DNA of 63,974 nt, filler included, from Octopus bimaculoides (lineage: Eukaryota): assembly GCF_001194135.2 (NCBI RefSeq). It is 7 parts of 6 records of this genome, joined end to end, with 100 filler letters (N's around TTAATTAATTAA, not from the genome) between each part and the next. Parts side by side here need not be neighbours in the genome. Positions count along the whole stretch, not along the records: positions 36,861 to 56,005 come from NC_068991.1; 6 more parts are not named here. One strand, given 5' to 3'. A program made the translations under genes and the position numbers. Below, piece after piece: positions 37,501-50,255 of this stretch (the first letter of the stretch is position 1; every line of letters starts with the position of its first letter). The notes under the pieces are model-generated. The model was not told the DNA's origin. It searched no databases and saw only the letters and a program-made list of their open reading frames with translations.

Positions 37501-40068
37501 TGCGATGGCGGAGGGTGGCTTGCGGCGGCGGCGGCGGCGGTGGCGGTGTTGTTGTTGTTGTAGTTGGTGGTGGTGGTGGTGGTGGTGCTGGTGCGAGCTT
37601 GGNNNNNNNNNNNNNNNNNNNNNNNNNNNNNNNNNNNNNNNNNNNNNNNNNNNNNNNNNNNNNNNNNNNNNNNNNNNNNNNNNNNNNNNNNNNNNNNNNN
37701 NNNNNNNNNNNNNNNNNNNNNNNNNNNNNNNNNNNNNNNNNNNNNNNNNNNNNNNNNNNNNNNNNNNNNNNNNNNNNNNNNNNNNNNNNNNNNNNNNNNN
37801 NNNNNNNNNNNNNNNNNNNNNNNNNNNNNNNNNNNNNNNNNNNNNNNNNNNNNNNNNNNNNNNNNNNNNNNNNNNNNNNNNNNNNNNNNNNNNNNNNNNN
37901 NNNNNNNNNNNNNNNNNNNNNNTCTGATGGCAATATTGGTGTTGGTAGTGATATCATAGTTTGGAATATAATGGCTGGCATTTGCGAAGAATCGAAAAAG
38001 CGAAAGTCATGCAAGAAAAGTGAGTGGAGTTTCGGTATTAATTAAATCGTAACATTGGTGATAACCCATCGTTAAGTGGTAGATGGTGGAGCGGCGTGGT
38101 GGTTGGGGAATCTGACAGTATTTGGTAGCAATGGTATGACGATGGTAAAGGTGCAACTTGAATGAAACAGATGAGGGAGGATTCCACTTGGTAAATCGAT
38201 CGTTTGCCTGGCAATGATTTTGGTGATGATGATGAATACTTTAATAGGGATGTTGTTGTTGTTGTCATCGTTGTTATCATTGCTGTTGGTCTGTTCTGTT
38301 AAAACTGACCTGCAGCTCAAGGTATTCTAGCCGTGATCATCTGATCTTGTTAATATTCAGACATTGTGTACTTTAGACTATATTATCCAATTTTCCCAGC
38401 CTTTAATAGGACAGTGGAATGTGATTTGGGAGTGAGAGTTGACTGCTATTTCTCCTAGCCCTTGTTTTAGTTTATCTTCTTTAGGACATTAGAATTGGAC
38501 TGCTATTTCTAAAACTACATACTCCAATGTGCTTTATCCTTCTGTAAGACGACAGGATTCGATTTAAAGGAGAATTTAGTTGTTATTTCCCGCAAGGTGA
38601 ACGGTTTGATGCCGTTATCGTTTATCACCCGGTTACTTGTGGTCAGCAGAAATATGACTAAACGCATGCCAACCGTGACCTCTCTTTCTTGTTAGGGCTA
38701 CTTCGTACTACTTAATGTAATACGTCCTTTATTTAAAACAGTAGAGTGTGATTTGTAGGAAATTTGGCTGCTACTTTTAGTCGCTCAGTATTCTACGTAG
38801 AAGATCCCTCATTTTATTGATGACGATGGTGTTATTGTTGTTGTTGNNNNNNNNNNNNNNNNNNNNNNNNNNNNNNNNNNNNNNNNNNNNNNNNNNNNNN
38901 NNNNNNNNNNNNNNNNNNNNNNNNNNNNNNNNNNNNNNNNNNNNNNNNNNNNNNNNNNNNNNNNNNNNNNNNNNNNNNNNNNNNNNNNNNNNNNNNNNNN
39001 NNNNNNNNNNNNNNNNNNNNNNNNNNNNNNNNNNNNNNNNNNNNNNNNNNNNNNNNNNNNNNNNNNNNNNNNNNNNNNNNNNNNNNNNNNNNNNNNNNNN
39101 NNNNNNNNNNNNNNNNNNNNNNNNNNNNNNNNNNNNNNNNNNNNNNNNNNNNNNNNNNNNNNNNNNNNNNNNNNNNNNNNNNNNNNNNNNNNNNNNNNNN
39201 NNNNGGTGGTGGTGGTGGTGGTGGTGGTCGTCGTCGTCGTCATGGGTTGGCGTGGATGATAATGATGATCGTGATTGTTTTGATATTAACAATGGAGGTA
39301 ATGACAAATAATAGTGTAATGGTGATGAAGAAGATGATGAGGATGAGGATGAGGATGAGGATGATAACGTTGGTGGCTGTGGTGGTGGTGGTGGTGGTGG
39401 TGGCAGTAGTTGTTGTGGTCGTTGTCGTTGAAGTGATAGTAACGATGGTGGTTGTGGTGATGATGATGATGGTCGTTGTGATTGTAGTGTTGGTAGTAAT
39501 GATGTGTGTAGTGATGGAGGTGGTAGTGCTGATGGGTGTAGCGGTGGCGATAGTTGTGGTGGTAGTGGTGGTGGTGGTGGTGGTGGTGGTGGTGGTGGTG
39601 GTGGTGGTGGTGGTGGTGGTGATGATAATAGAACTCTTTATGTGGGTGGAAGATGGGGTGTCTGTGAAGACTTAGAAATTTGAGATAGAATATTACAAAT
39701 GAAAAATAAACATACATCACTTCTAAACAACAGGAAGAACAAAAATTGGTAATTCAAAAAACAAACAAAGAAAAAATAATGAATATATAAACATCAGGGA
39801 AAAACACACATACAAACACACATACACACAAATTATGATTAATTTAATAAAGAAATATATAAAGGAACAAATTAGAATTAATTAAATAAAGAAATATATA
39901 AAGGTACAAATTAGAATTAATTGAATAAACGTATATATAAAGAGACAACCAGACATAAAAACAAACATCAGCGTGGCGTCATAAAGGCTGAGAGTATGAC
40001 GGACTTTTAGAGAGGTGGAGCGAACCATTGATGTTATGCGATGTATTGCGAGATATAATGATAATAAC

Positions 40069-40134
<66 letters not shown>

Positions 40135-40731
40135 AATAATGAACATACTAATAATNNNNNNNNNNNNNNNNNNNNNNNNNNNNNNNNNNNNNNNNNNNNN
40201 NNNNNNNNNNNNNNNNNNNNNNNNNNNNNNNNNNNNNNNNNNNNNNNNNNNNNNNNNNNNNNNNNNNNNNNNNNNNNNNNNNNNNNNNNNNNNNNNNNNN
40301 NNNNNNNNNNNNNNNNNNNNNNNNNNNNNNNNNNNNNNNNNNNNNNNNNNNNNNNNNNNNNNNNNNNNNNNNNNNNNNNNNNNNNNNNNNNNNNNNNNNN
40401 NNNNNNNNNNNNNNNNNNNNNNNNNNNNNNNNNNNNNNNNNNNNNNNNNNNNNNNNNNNNNNNNNNNNNNNNNNNNNNNNNNNNNNNNNNNNNNNNNNNN
40501 NNNNNNNNNNNNNNNNNNNNNNNNNNNNNNNNNNNNNNNNNNNNNNNNNNNNNNNNNNNNNNNNNNNNNNNNNNNNNNNNNNNNNNNNNNNNNNNNNNNN
40601 NNNNNNNNNNNNNNNNNNNNNNNNNNNGTGTGCTCGCGCGTGTTTGGAAAAGGGAACTAGGAGAGGAGAGAAGAAAGAGATGGAAAAACAGAGTGGAAGA
40701 GATATAGAATAATTATAAGAGCAGCATTATT

Positions 40732-40762
<31 letters not shown>

Positions 40763-41859
40763 CGACATCAGTTGTGGTGGTGATGGTGGTGGTGGTAGAA
40801 GCAGAATTATTATAATATGTAAAAACGTCCCTCAAATAAATTCAGACAAAACAGTGTTTATGAACAGTAAATAGAGGCGGAGCAAAATTCTATACTTTGT
40901 TGTTTATTTTAATTTTTACACAAGGAAACATGATGATTTTCTATAAGAAAATATTATTTCGAATAAGCTAAACGACTAGAATAACGATAACAACACATAC
41001 GCGCATACGCACCCACATGCACTCACGCACACACATTTTGCTAAACGGGAAAATGAGCGAAAGATTAGTTTGAGCAATAAAGAAAACAATGCCAAATTTT
41101 CTCTTCACTCACGGGACCCCTAATAGCCGGACTCTAGATATGAATTACTTGGCTGATATAGAGTGTTCTGGCAGATTTGTATAACCAAGACAGGTGCATC
41201 TAAACCGCAGTCCCTTATCGACTAACGAGAGATAAAGAAAATGATGTATATTTGTATCTCGAAAACCACGGGAATGTTTCTCAATTCTTATAAATAGCAA
41301 CTGTATGCACCTCTGGCCAGTATGTTACACGCCTACTCAGAATCTTGTACCACGATCATTGAAGTGGTGACTCAATGGTCATTTTAAGGGTTATTAGTCA
41401 TGACAATGTTTGGCCAGTCATACATCTTGTTGCTCGAAAGAGCATGTGGTCATCTCTGAGGCAAAGAGGTATGACTTGCGGCTGAGTGGTGTCTATACAG
41501 AAATACAAGTCTTAAGGACTATGGAAGGCCATAAAGCCCTCCGTGGATGTTCTAGTTTTGAAATTTGAGGGAAAAAAGCCATGCGACTCGTACTGATAGA
41601 GTAGAGATTTCAGACGTTTTTTGTTTTTTTTAATCAAAGATCATTGAGGTTATTCTGTCCAGGGGAAGTGCAAAGAAAGAACAAATAAATAAATAAAAAG
41701 ACTGCAATATTAACATCAAGAAGAAGAAGAAGAAGAAGAAGAAGAAGAAGAAGAACAACAACAACAACAACAACAGTCTACAGAATTTTCTATTCGAAAG
41801 GCAGGAGTAAATTGAGGAAATTTCATTTAGAAATGTGACTATATATGTTTAACAAGTAC

Positions 41860-42510
41860 TATTGACCGGTACCATTTTTTTTTTTTTTTGTCGATCCCGA
41901 GAGGGTGACAAGCAGAGATGACCTCAGCAGAATTTGAACTCAGAATGTAAAGAAAAGAGTTGAAACATACCGCAAAGAATTTATTTGACGCTTTTCTAAC
42001 ATAGGTACAAGACCAGAAATTTGAGAATTTGGTCAATTAAATCGACTTAGTACATGACTGGTGCATTATCTTATAGTGTCCCAAATGATACAAGTTAACC
42101 ATAGAGGAATTTTAAATAAAAGATATAAAATAGTCAACCTTAAAACGCAAAAACAATAATTGGCGTAATGATAATAACAATGGGTTGGTGCAGAGGGGGA
42201 GAGTAAGTCGATTAAATTGACCTCCAATACTCAACTGCTACTTATTTTATCGACTGTCAAAGAGCTAAGTCGACTTCGGCGGAATTTGAACTCAGAACGT
42301 GCTAACGATTCTGCCAGCTTAATAATAATAATCCTTTCTACTAAAGGCACAAGGCCTGAAATGTTAGTAGGAAGGGACTAGTTGATTTTATCGACCTCAA
42401 TACTCAACTGCTACTTATTTCATCGAACCCGAAAGGATGAAAGGCAAATTCGACCTCGCCGGACGAAATGCCGCTAAGCATTCTGCCCGGCGTGCTAACG
42501 ATTCTGTCAG

Positions 42511-42513
<3 letters not shown>
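41860..42513 (-). mobile_element. Cluster of 3-4 same-orientation family M SINEs
   Basis: Repeated CGACCTC.GC.GAATTTGAACTCAGAA and GTGCTAACGATTCTG blocks, separated by AAT runs. Confidence 0.85.
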
Positions 42514-42541
<28 letters not shown>

Positions 42542-42930
42542 TATAAGTCTGTCCCACAAGATCAAGATGTCTCAAGAAAGGAATATGAAAAGCTTTCTCA
42601 CTATAAAGATCAGCAAATTGAACTCACAAAAATGTGGAAGCTTAGTAATGCGATAATACCAGTGGTAATTGGTGCGTTGGGAATGATAAAGAAGGGAGCT
42701 GAGAAGTATATTAAGCAACTCCCTGGTAATCCCAATCTCCGTGAACTACAAAAAGTAACCTTGATAGGTACAGCCCATAAACTACGGAGAGCACTCTCCG
42801 TCTAAAATGGAATAAATGTGGTGTTGAATTTAGCATGCATAGCAAAATAAAAGTGCTCTTGCTACTCTTGGCCTCCGGAGGATGCCTGGTACCGAGGCAG
42901 CTGAAATAAAGTTATAATGAAACGAAGCCA
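42542..42930 (+). mobile_element. Dong/R4-clade LINE 3' end (part of RLE domain plus 3' UTR), inserted in (TAA)n
   Basis: VPQDQDVSRKEYEKLSHYKD...MWK...IIPVVIGALGMIKK...ELQKVTLIGTAHKLRRALSV* (stop at 42803-42805). TAA repeats lie on both flanks (42514-42541 and 42931-42946). Confidence 0.92.
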
Positions 42931-43119
42931 TAAATAATAATAATAAGAGCTTCTATTGAAAGTTTGCTTCTTAGGGACAGGAAAGATTATAAAGAAGCGC
43001 TTCAAAGGTTATTGAAAGACTGTGGATACCAAAGGTTACAGGTAGGAACCCGTTACCCACGTAAATTCTACCAAGACCGAACCTAAATCAAATTAATGAT
43101 AATAACAACAACATTTAGT

Positions 43120-43290
43120 GAGTGGAGTTAATCGATTTCATCGATTCCAGGATATGACTAGTATTTGTATTACTGATCCTGAAAAAGATAAAAGGCAAAG
43201 TTGACCCGAGCGGAATTTGAACTCAGTACGTTATGAGTCGGAAGAAATACCGCTATGCGTTTTGTCCGACGCACTACCGACGATAATAAA
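43120..43290 (-). mobile_element. SINE family M
   Basis: AAAGGCAAAGTTGACCCGAGCGGAATTTGAACTCAG...TTTGTCCGACGCACTA. Confidence 0.8.
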
Positions 43291-45019
43291 AGATCACAAC
43301 AACAATAGCAACAATAATTGAGATGAAAATCGAGAAGAGAAAGGATGGGTGTTGAAGGAAAGCAAAATATCATGTTGACAGTAGTTTGACAAATATAGTG
43401 GAAGAATAGGAGGAGAAAAGGGTAGAGAAAGAGCAATAAAGATGTAATCTAAACGAATAATGGAAGGGCCTGACATGTGTGTTTTGAGTGGTGGCGATGG
43501 ACGTGGTGGTGGTAGTGGTGGTAATGGAGTGGCGTTGGTAATGAAGGGTTTGGGACTCGGTAAAATTGAAATTAGCATGAAACAAACAAAGCAAAAACAA
43601 AAAGAAAAATCCACTAAAATCTGGTGTGATAAATTGATTGAAGATTAACAAGGCCGTGTTTGTTACATAGCTTTTAGAGAGAGAGTGCGGTTCATCAGAT
43701 AAAGCGTTATATAGACGGATAGAGGCGGTGTAACGGAAGTATAAACAAATCGAGACATCTACCTATCTACATTTCTATCTATTTACACCCACTCTTTTCC
43801 TATATATATGTGTATGTGTGTGTGCGTGTACTTACATACACATAGACATACACACATGTATGTACGTGTATCTATGTGCATGTGTATTTTTAAATGACAT
43901 TAAGAACAGTAGATAGTATTNNNNNNNNNNNNNNNNNNNNNNNNNNNNNNNNNNNNNNNNNNNNNNNNNNNNNNNNNNNNNNNNNNNNNNNNNNNNNNNN
44001 NNNNNNNNNNNNNNNNNNNNNNNNNNNNNNNNNNNNNNNNNNNNNNNNNNNNNNNNNNNNNNNNNNNNNNNNNNNNNNNNNNNNNNNNNNNNNNNNNNNN
44101 NNNNNNNTGTGTGTGTGTGTGTGTGTGCGTGTAGTTAACCGCGTGTATGCCACTCTATCAGAATATTTGTGCAGTCTGTAATCTGGTCGTGACCAGGAAG
44201 TAATAGCAACGTGATTGTGAGTGAGTTTGGTGTCAATTTGTGATCATAAATTGATGTTTACAAAAGAATAATATTTACTATTGTTTCTATTTAACCTTTA
44301 AGCTATTTATTCATCTTTTTTTTCATAATCTTCATACTAATTCTTGTCTTTACATCAAATCAAAACGGAACATTTTGATATATCTGCAGTAGAATGCTGA
44401 CTTTGAGCACCGTAAAATGGCCCATAGATTACTAACGGAACAGATGAGATGGCATTGCCTGAACTTAACCAGTTTTATGTTTTATACTATATTTTGGAAA
44501 ATCAGATACACAATCTCAGTGCGGTGTAGACGGTTTGTCAGTGACTTACCTGTGAATGGAATTGTGGTTCGAATCCAGTTAGTGATGTTGTTCGTCTCTT
44601 ATTATTTTTTTTTTTTTTTGTATATAAGATGTTTACAATTTAATTTAGTTGTCGAACTTATAGATCGTTAATAGGTTCACATAGATTTGCTTATATTGAT
44701 CTGATTAAATAGACTGATATGTCACTACAAAATATAACAAGTGAGGAAAAGTTTTAGCGATCGAATTGTTTCGAAGTCAAATCAAAATCCTCAGAAATGA
44801 TTTGTGTTGCAAGATTCAAATGCCGCTACCAATTTAGGAAGGATATCCCAATGCGGTTTCTCCTGATATTTGTTCCTGTTTAAAAGTATTTTTTTCTTTT
44901 TATCTGCTAGTCTCGCTTTTAAATTTTTGACAGATTAGTTTCTTCATATAATAATACCGTCCTCTTTCTCTTTTTCTCTCACTCTTTCTGGCCTATTTCT
45001 ATTATACTTTAAGCAAACT

Positions 45020-45475
45020 GTCTTGGCCAGCACTGTCTGACATGTTTCCACTCGGCCTTCCTGGTCCAAAGCAGTAACTGGTGCAATGCAGTTCCACCAC
45101 TCTCGACTGGCACTCAGCTGCATAACGACTATTTGCGCATCGGTGTTTCCATGAAGCTTGGCCTCCAGATCAGTGAACTTTGCAAATACCGCTGTGGATC
45201 CACTATGGACTCTTCCAGACTCCACCTATTGTCATGCCATAATAGTGCTGGCCACCTTCCACACCATGCTGCACTCAAAGAGATGTTAAAGCACTGTCAA
45301 GGCGTTGCAGGCTTCTCTTTCCAGCTCGAGACAGCGGGGATGGACAGCGGAGACGGTAAAAGCCAGACTGCATGAAAATCTTCCCGTTCTGCAGTGTTAG
45401 GCCCCTCATCTTAGTTGCCATATTCTGCGACACCTCCGACGGCAATCTGGTGTGTTTAGTAGCCAGCTCATTGTA
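45020..45475 (+). mobile_element. CRE-clade non-LTR retrotransposon fragment (zinc knuckle plus RLE), degenerate
   Basis: SNWCNAVPPLSTGTQLHNDYLRIGVSMKLG...CKYRCG...HLLSC..SAG...HAALKEMLK...DGK, then frameshifted PDCMKIFPF...CDT. This aligns by eye with the CRE-type pattern GAWL.ALP...LDN..LRIAV.LRLG...C.CG...H.LSC..SAGR..RH..LN...DGKRPDG.T..P. Confidence 0.82.
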
Positions 45476-45577
45476 GTTATTTGTGCTAGATTAATTGGTT
45501 CTCGCCCAGAAACACGATTATTAATCGACCATTTCTCCTGTGTTATCAATATATTTTAGTAAAAATCGAGGGAAGTC

Positions 45578-45798
45578 CAGCAATCCCTCGACTATCGCGG
45601 GTGCTACGTTCCAACTTCCCCCGCGATAGGTAAAAATCCGTGAAGTAGAAACAGTACTGTACTGTATTTTTTTAAATAAATTTTATAATTTGTATATATT
45701 TATTTTATTATAAATGCAAAACAACACCAGGGAGGAATCGACGTAAGCTTAAATAATAAACCACGATAGGTGAACCGCGATATGGTGAGGGATTATTG
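45578..45798. mobile_element. Tigger/pogo-type MITE
   Basis: Left CAGCAATCCCTCGACTATCGCGG is an imperfect inverse of right CCGCGATATGGTGAGGGATTATTG, followed by TA; ~220 bp; non-coding. Confidence 0.8.
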
Positions 45799-46380
45799 TA
45801 CAACGTTTTCTCCACTTTACAGTTCCCTCTGCTAGCCCTCTGCTGTCGATATTGAAATCCCCACCTATTGACTGGAAGATGACAGAGAGATATAACAGCA
45901 AGCTTTTTAAATAACGATTTGGTATTCCTCTTTTTCAACTCACCCTCACTTAGAATTTCAACACCAGCGTATATAATCGTGGGAAGTGTAATGTAATTTT
46001 TTAAAGACTTATGACTAATTGGGCTTATATTCATATAGTTAACAATGATGTTTTTGCTGAGATATGGTCAAGAAGAAGATAATCGGTTGAGGTAACAATT
46101 CATCTAGTAGTAGCCAGTTTGATAAAATATAACGTCAGGATTAAGACTAGCTAATCAAGATTTGCATTGGCACTGAAACAGTTTTCCAACTTAAGTGTCA
46201 ATGAAAGATGAAAAGTAACTGTAAAGGAGTTCTCTTTTTTTTTCTTTTTTTTTTTACTTCAGATCGAACCTTTTTCNNNNNNNNNNTTTTTTTTTTTTTT
46301 ACTTCAGATCGAACCTTTTTCTCGAAAGTAGAAACGTCTAGACTGAAGTTCATTTCGCATATGTCCGTGATATACTGATA

Positions 46381-46462
46381 GCTCAGAGTAATCTCAAACT
46401 GTTATTAGAATAGCCAGCTTTCGATACGTCATACACTGAGTAGAGTATGAATTACTCTGAGC
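46381..46462. repeat. Short inverted-repeat element
   Basis: GCTCAGAGTAAT (46381) and ATTACTCTGAGC (46451) form a perfect 12-bp inverted pair. Confidence 0.75.
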
Positions 46463-47560
46463 AACACCTTGTTCGCATCGGTGTGCAGAATTTCTTCCAG
46501 CTCTTTACATTCTGAGTTCAAATCCGACTGAGGTTAACTTTGGCTTTCGTCCTTATGGTGTCGAAAAAATGAAGTGCTAGTCAAAAACTGGGATTGAAGG
46601 TATCGACAAACATAATCATTTCAAAACTGTTCGTTTCGTGCTAAATCAGAAACAATTATGATAGAGTACTAAATGTTTTATTCAATACATAAAACAAGAA
46701 ATATATTTTTGATTCTTGTAAGGTTGTTACTAAGTTCAATGTGGATTTTGTGGTAAAGTTTTGGACTCTTTTCAACCTCAAAGAGAGTAAATTCCGACAA
46801 GTTGAAATATGTAAGATGATTTTGACAATATCATAGATTGTAGAATTAGTTATAACCTGGTAAGGAAGAACCGCCAAAATTTCCAATTACCTCGAGCTAT
46901 ATTGTTGAAATAACTAAACATTGGCAAAGTCAGATGATATGCGCTTGATCTACTATTACGTTCGTGTGTGTGTGCGTGTGTGTGTGTGTGCGTGNNNNNN
47001 NNNNNNNNNNNNNNNNNNNNNNNNNNNNNNNNNNNNNNNNNNNNNNNNNNNNNNNNNNNNNNNNNNNNNNNNNNNNNNNNNNNNNNNNNNNNNNNNNNNN
47101 NNNNNNNNNNNNNNNNTGTGTACGGAGAAAATAAAAGGAACAAAGGAGGAGAGAGAGAGGAGGGAAGTATTTAGAAGAGAGTCAGGAAGAGCTTATAATG
47201 TTCTTTTTCTTTTACATAATATGGCGAACAAATCGTAACCTAACAATGCTGTCGTTCACCAAATATGAGGTAAATTCTTTAAAAAGAATAAGTACAGAAC
47301 AAAATGAAGCTGCAAAATGGCAACATCAATTATTATCATTCAGGGAACAAATAATAAAGATATCAATCATACACTGGGGAACGATTTCATCGGTTTGACT
47401 CACGATGGGTAAATTACGACTACTGCAACTGTCACTGTAGCTGTTGTCGATCTTTTACCTTTCACTTGTTTCACTCATTGGCCTGCAGCGATTCTGTGGC
47501 ACCGCCTTGAAGAATTTTTGTCGAATTCATCGACCCAGGTACATTTTTTACCTTTTAAGC

Positions 47561-48747
47561 CTGGTTGGCAAGAAAGTAATTTCGGTTTTTAGTGCGAAAT
47601 AAAAGTCATTTTTTTTTTCCTACAAAGAATTAACTTGAAATCAATTGTATATTTTCCATTTTGTTCGATGATCTTTTGCTATCTTTCTGACAATTTCATG
47701 ATTCCGCGCTCATAGAACTTCTGGTCCTTATTAGCCAAACACTGAAACAAGTGCGATTTCAGGTCATCATCATTATTGAAAGTTTTACCATTCAAAGAAT
47801 TTTGCAAACTTCGAAATAAATGGTAATCTGATGGTGCAAGGTCAGGGCTATATGGTGGATGTGACATCACTTCCCAACCAAGTTCCACTAATTTTTTACA
47901 AGTTAGCAAAGACGTGTGTCGCTACCGATGTCATGGTGGAACGCAATTCCTTTACGATCTGCCAATTCAGGACGCTTTTCTTTAATTGTTGCCTCCAGTT
48001 TCATTAGCTATTGACAGTGAACATCTGAATTGATCGTTTGGTTCCTTGGAAGCNNNNNNNNNNNNNNNNNNNNNNNNNNNNNNNNNNNNNNNNNNNNNNN
48101 NNNNNNNNNNNNNNNNNNNNNNNNNNNNNNNNNNNNNNNNNNNNNNNNNNNNNNNNNNNNNNNNNNNNNNNNNNNNNNNNNNNNNNNNNNNNNNNNNNNN
48201 NNNNNNNNNNNNNNNNNNNNNNNNNNNNNNNNNNNNNNNNNNNNNNNNNNNNNNNNNNNNNNNNNNNNNNNNNNNNNNNNNNNNNNNNNNNNNNNNNNNN
48301 NNNNNNNNNNNNNNNNNNNNNNNNNNNNNNNNNNNNNNNNNNNNNNNNNNNNNNNNNNNNNNNNNNNNNNNNNNNNNNNNNNNNNNNNNNNNNNNNNNNN
48401 NNNNNNNNNNNNNNNNNNNNNNNNNNNNNNNNNNNNNNNNNNNNNNNNNNNNNNNNNNNNNNNNNNNNNNNNNNNNNNNNNNNNNNNNNNNNNNNNNNNN
48501 NNNNNNNNNNNNNNNNNNNTACGAAAATAAAATAAGTAAAACATATCGAAAATGTTTGTTTTTGCACTCCATGTTAAAATTGACACTGAACTAACAGCTG
48601 TAATCAAAATTACGTGCAATTTGCTTCTAGAGTAAGCTAAAAGTAATGGCTATCAAATGTCAAAAGGAAAAAAAAACATTGACAAAATTCATTAAAAATA
48701 TCATAAATCACTTTGCGAAAAACGAAATTACTTCCTTCATAACCCAA
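47561..48747 (-). mobile_element. Mariner transposon (Hsmar1/Mos1-like), decayed, spans a gap, nested in a family C SINE
   Basis: Left TIR remnant TGGCAAGAAAGTAATTTCGGTTTTT matches right AAAAACGAAATTACTTCCTTCATAACCCAA|TA. N-terminus MECKNKHFRYVLL (48572) and C-terminus LGWEVMSHPPYSPDLAPSDYHLFRSLQN...FYERGIMKL. Confidence 0.92.
47679..47909 (-). pseudogene. Mariner transposase C-terminal fragment (YSPDL motif)
   Basis: HPPYSPDLAPSDYHLF is the diagnostic mariner motif; the final WQK codons are mutated to a stop. Confidence 0.93.
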
Positions 48748-48754
48748 TATAATA

Positions 48755-49015
48755 TTGGTCTCTTTTGTCGAACCGCTAATGATGGTTGTAAAGTAGTGGT
48801 GGGGGACAACAGTAAACATACGCGCGCGCGAACACACACAAACACACGTATGTACAAGGCAGTCTTCTTTCAGTTTCTGTCTACCAAATCCACACACAAA
48901 GCTTTGGTTGGACCGAGGTTTTAGTAGAAGACACTTGCCCAATTTGCCACGCAGTTGAGCTGAACCCGGAACCATGTGGTTGGGAAGCATACTTCTTACC
49001 ACACAGCCAGTCTTG
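48755..49015 (-). mobile_element. SINE family C long form; its 3' tail lies at ~47455-47560 on the other side of the mariner
   Basis: GGTCTCTTTTGTCGAACCGCTAA...(CA)...TTTCAGTTTCTGTCTACCAAATCC...GAACCCGGAACCATGTGG. Confidence 0.85.
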
Positions 49016-49239
49016 TGCCTGATGATAATAATAATTGCTTCAGAATTTTGACAATGGAGCATCCCTTCCAGAAGGAAGGGGCTAGTCGATACTGCCGATC
49101 ACAGGAATTGACAGATATTTTATTTTATCGACCTCGAAACGGATGTAAGATAAAGTTGAACGGAAAAGTTTCAAAGAGCCGGAAGAATTTTTCTAACGCT
49201 GCAATTATTCTGCTCGCCACCGACAGCCAGCCAGGCAGA

Positions 49240-49288
49240 CATACAGGCATACGGACAGACAGACAGACAGCCAGACAGACAGACAGAC

Positions 49289-49354
<66 letters not shown>

Positions 49355-49377
49355 ACAGACAGAGCGACAGACAGAAA

Positions 49378-49443
<66 letters not shown>

Positions 49444-49581
49444 CGATCGATCGATCGATATATAGTTAGATAGATAGATAGACCGAAAAAGATAGAGTTG
49501 GGTATTGAAATTAGTAAAGAACGAGAGAGCGAGAGAGAAAGAGAGCGAGAGAGAGAGAGAGAGAGAGAGAGNNNNNNNNNN

Positions 49582-49630
<49 letters not shown>
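49240..49630. repeat. Compound microsatellite (GACA)(GATA)(GAAA)(GATC)(GA)
   Basis: Successive pure tracts visible directly. Confidence 0.97.
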
Positions 49631-50034
49631 GGGGGTGTCTTCTACGTGATAAATAAACTAAGAGTGATGAAGCGTCTATTTCTCTACGGCTGAACGACTA
49701 AAGTAAAACTGTAGTAACACCAGGCACCAGATTGCAATCACCTTATGATCAACGCCCATTAACATTAAACCAAACAAACCTGATTCGCTCTCCTCTACGT
49801 TAGTCACGTCAGTCACTCTTACTAATCTCTCTCTCTCTCTCTCCCTATCTCTCTCTCTTTCCCTCTCTCTCTTTTTCTCTTTCTCGTTTTATCTCTTTTT
49901 TTTCTGATTACATTATTCTTTTTACTATTGCCCCCTCGTGTCCATTTCTCCATCTTCTCCCTGTATATATTTCATTCATTTGTTTGTAGGGCGGATAGTA
50001 TAGTTTATAAACGGCTTCCACCTTTCCAAACTTT

Positions 50035-50035
50035 T

Positions 50036-50097
<62 letters not shown>

Positions 50098-50098
50098 A

Positions 50099-50137
<39 letters not shown>

Positions 50138-50138
50138 A

Positions 50139-50173
<35 letters not shown>

Positions 50174-50174
50174 A

Positions 50175-50226
<52 letters not shown>

Positions 50227-50255
50227 ATCTATCTGTCTGTCTGTCTGTCTGTCTG
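50035..50255. repeat. (TATC)n microsatellite with spaced TCAA variants
   Basis: CAAT variants at 50097, 50137 and 50173. Confidence 0.97.

Noticed and set aside
36813-39720. Mucin-like poly-Thr/Pro/His or poly-Val ORFs
   Set aside because: Triplet repeats keep several frames open on both strands; no splice structure or unique coding flanks.
47679-47909. SETMAR gene
   Set aside because: No SET domain; it has TIRs and stops, so it is a dead transposon rather than the primate fusion gene.
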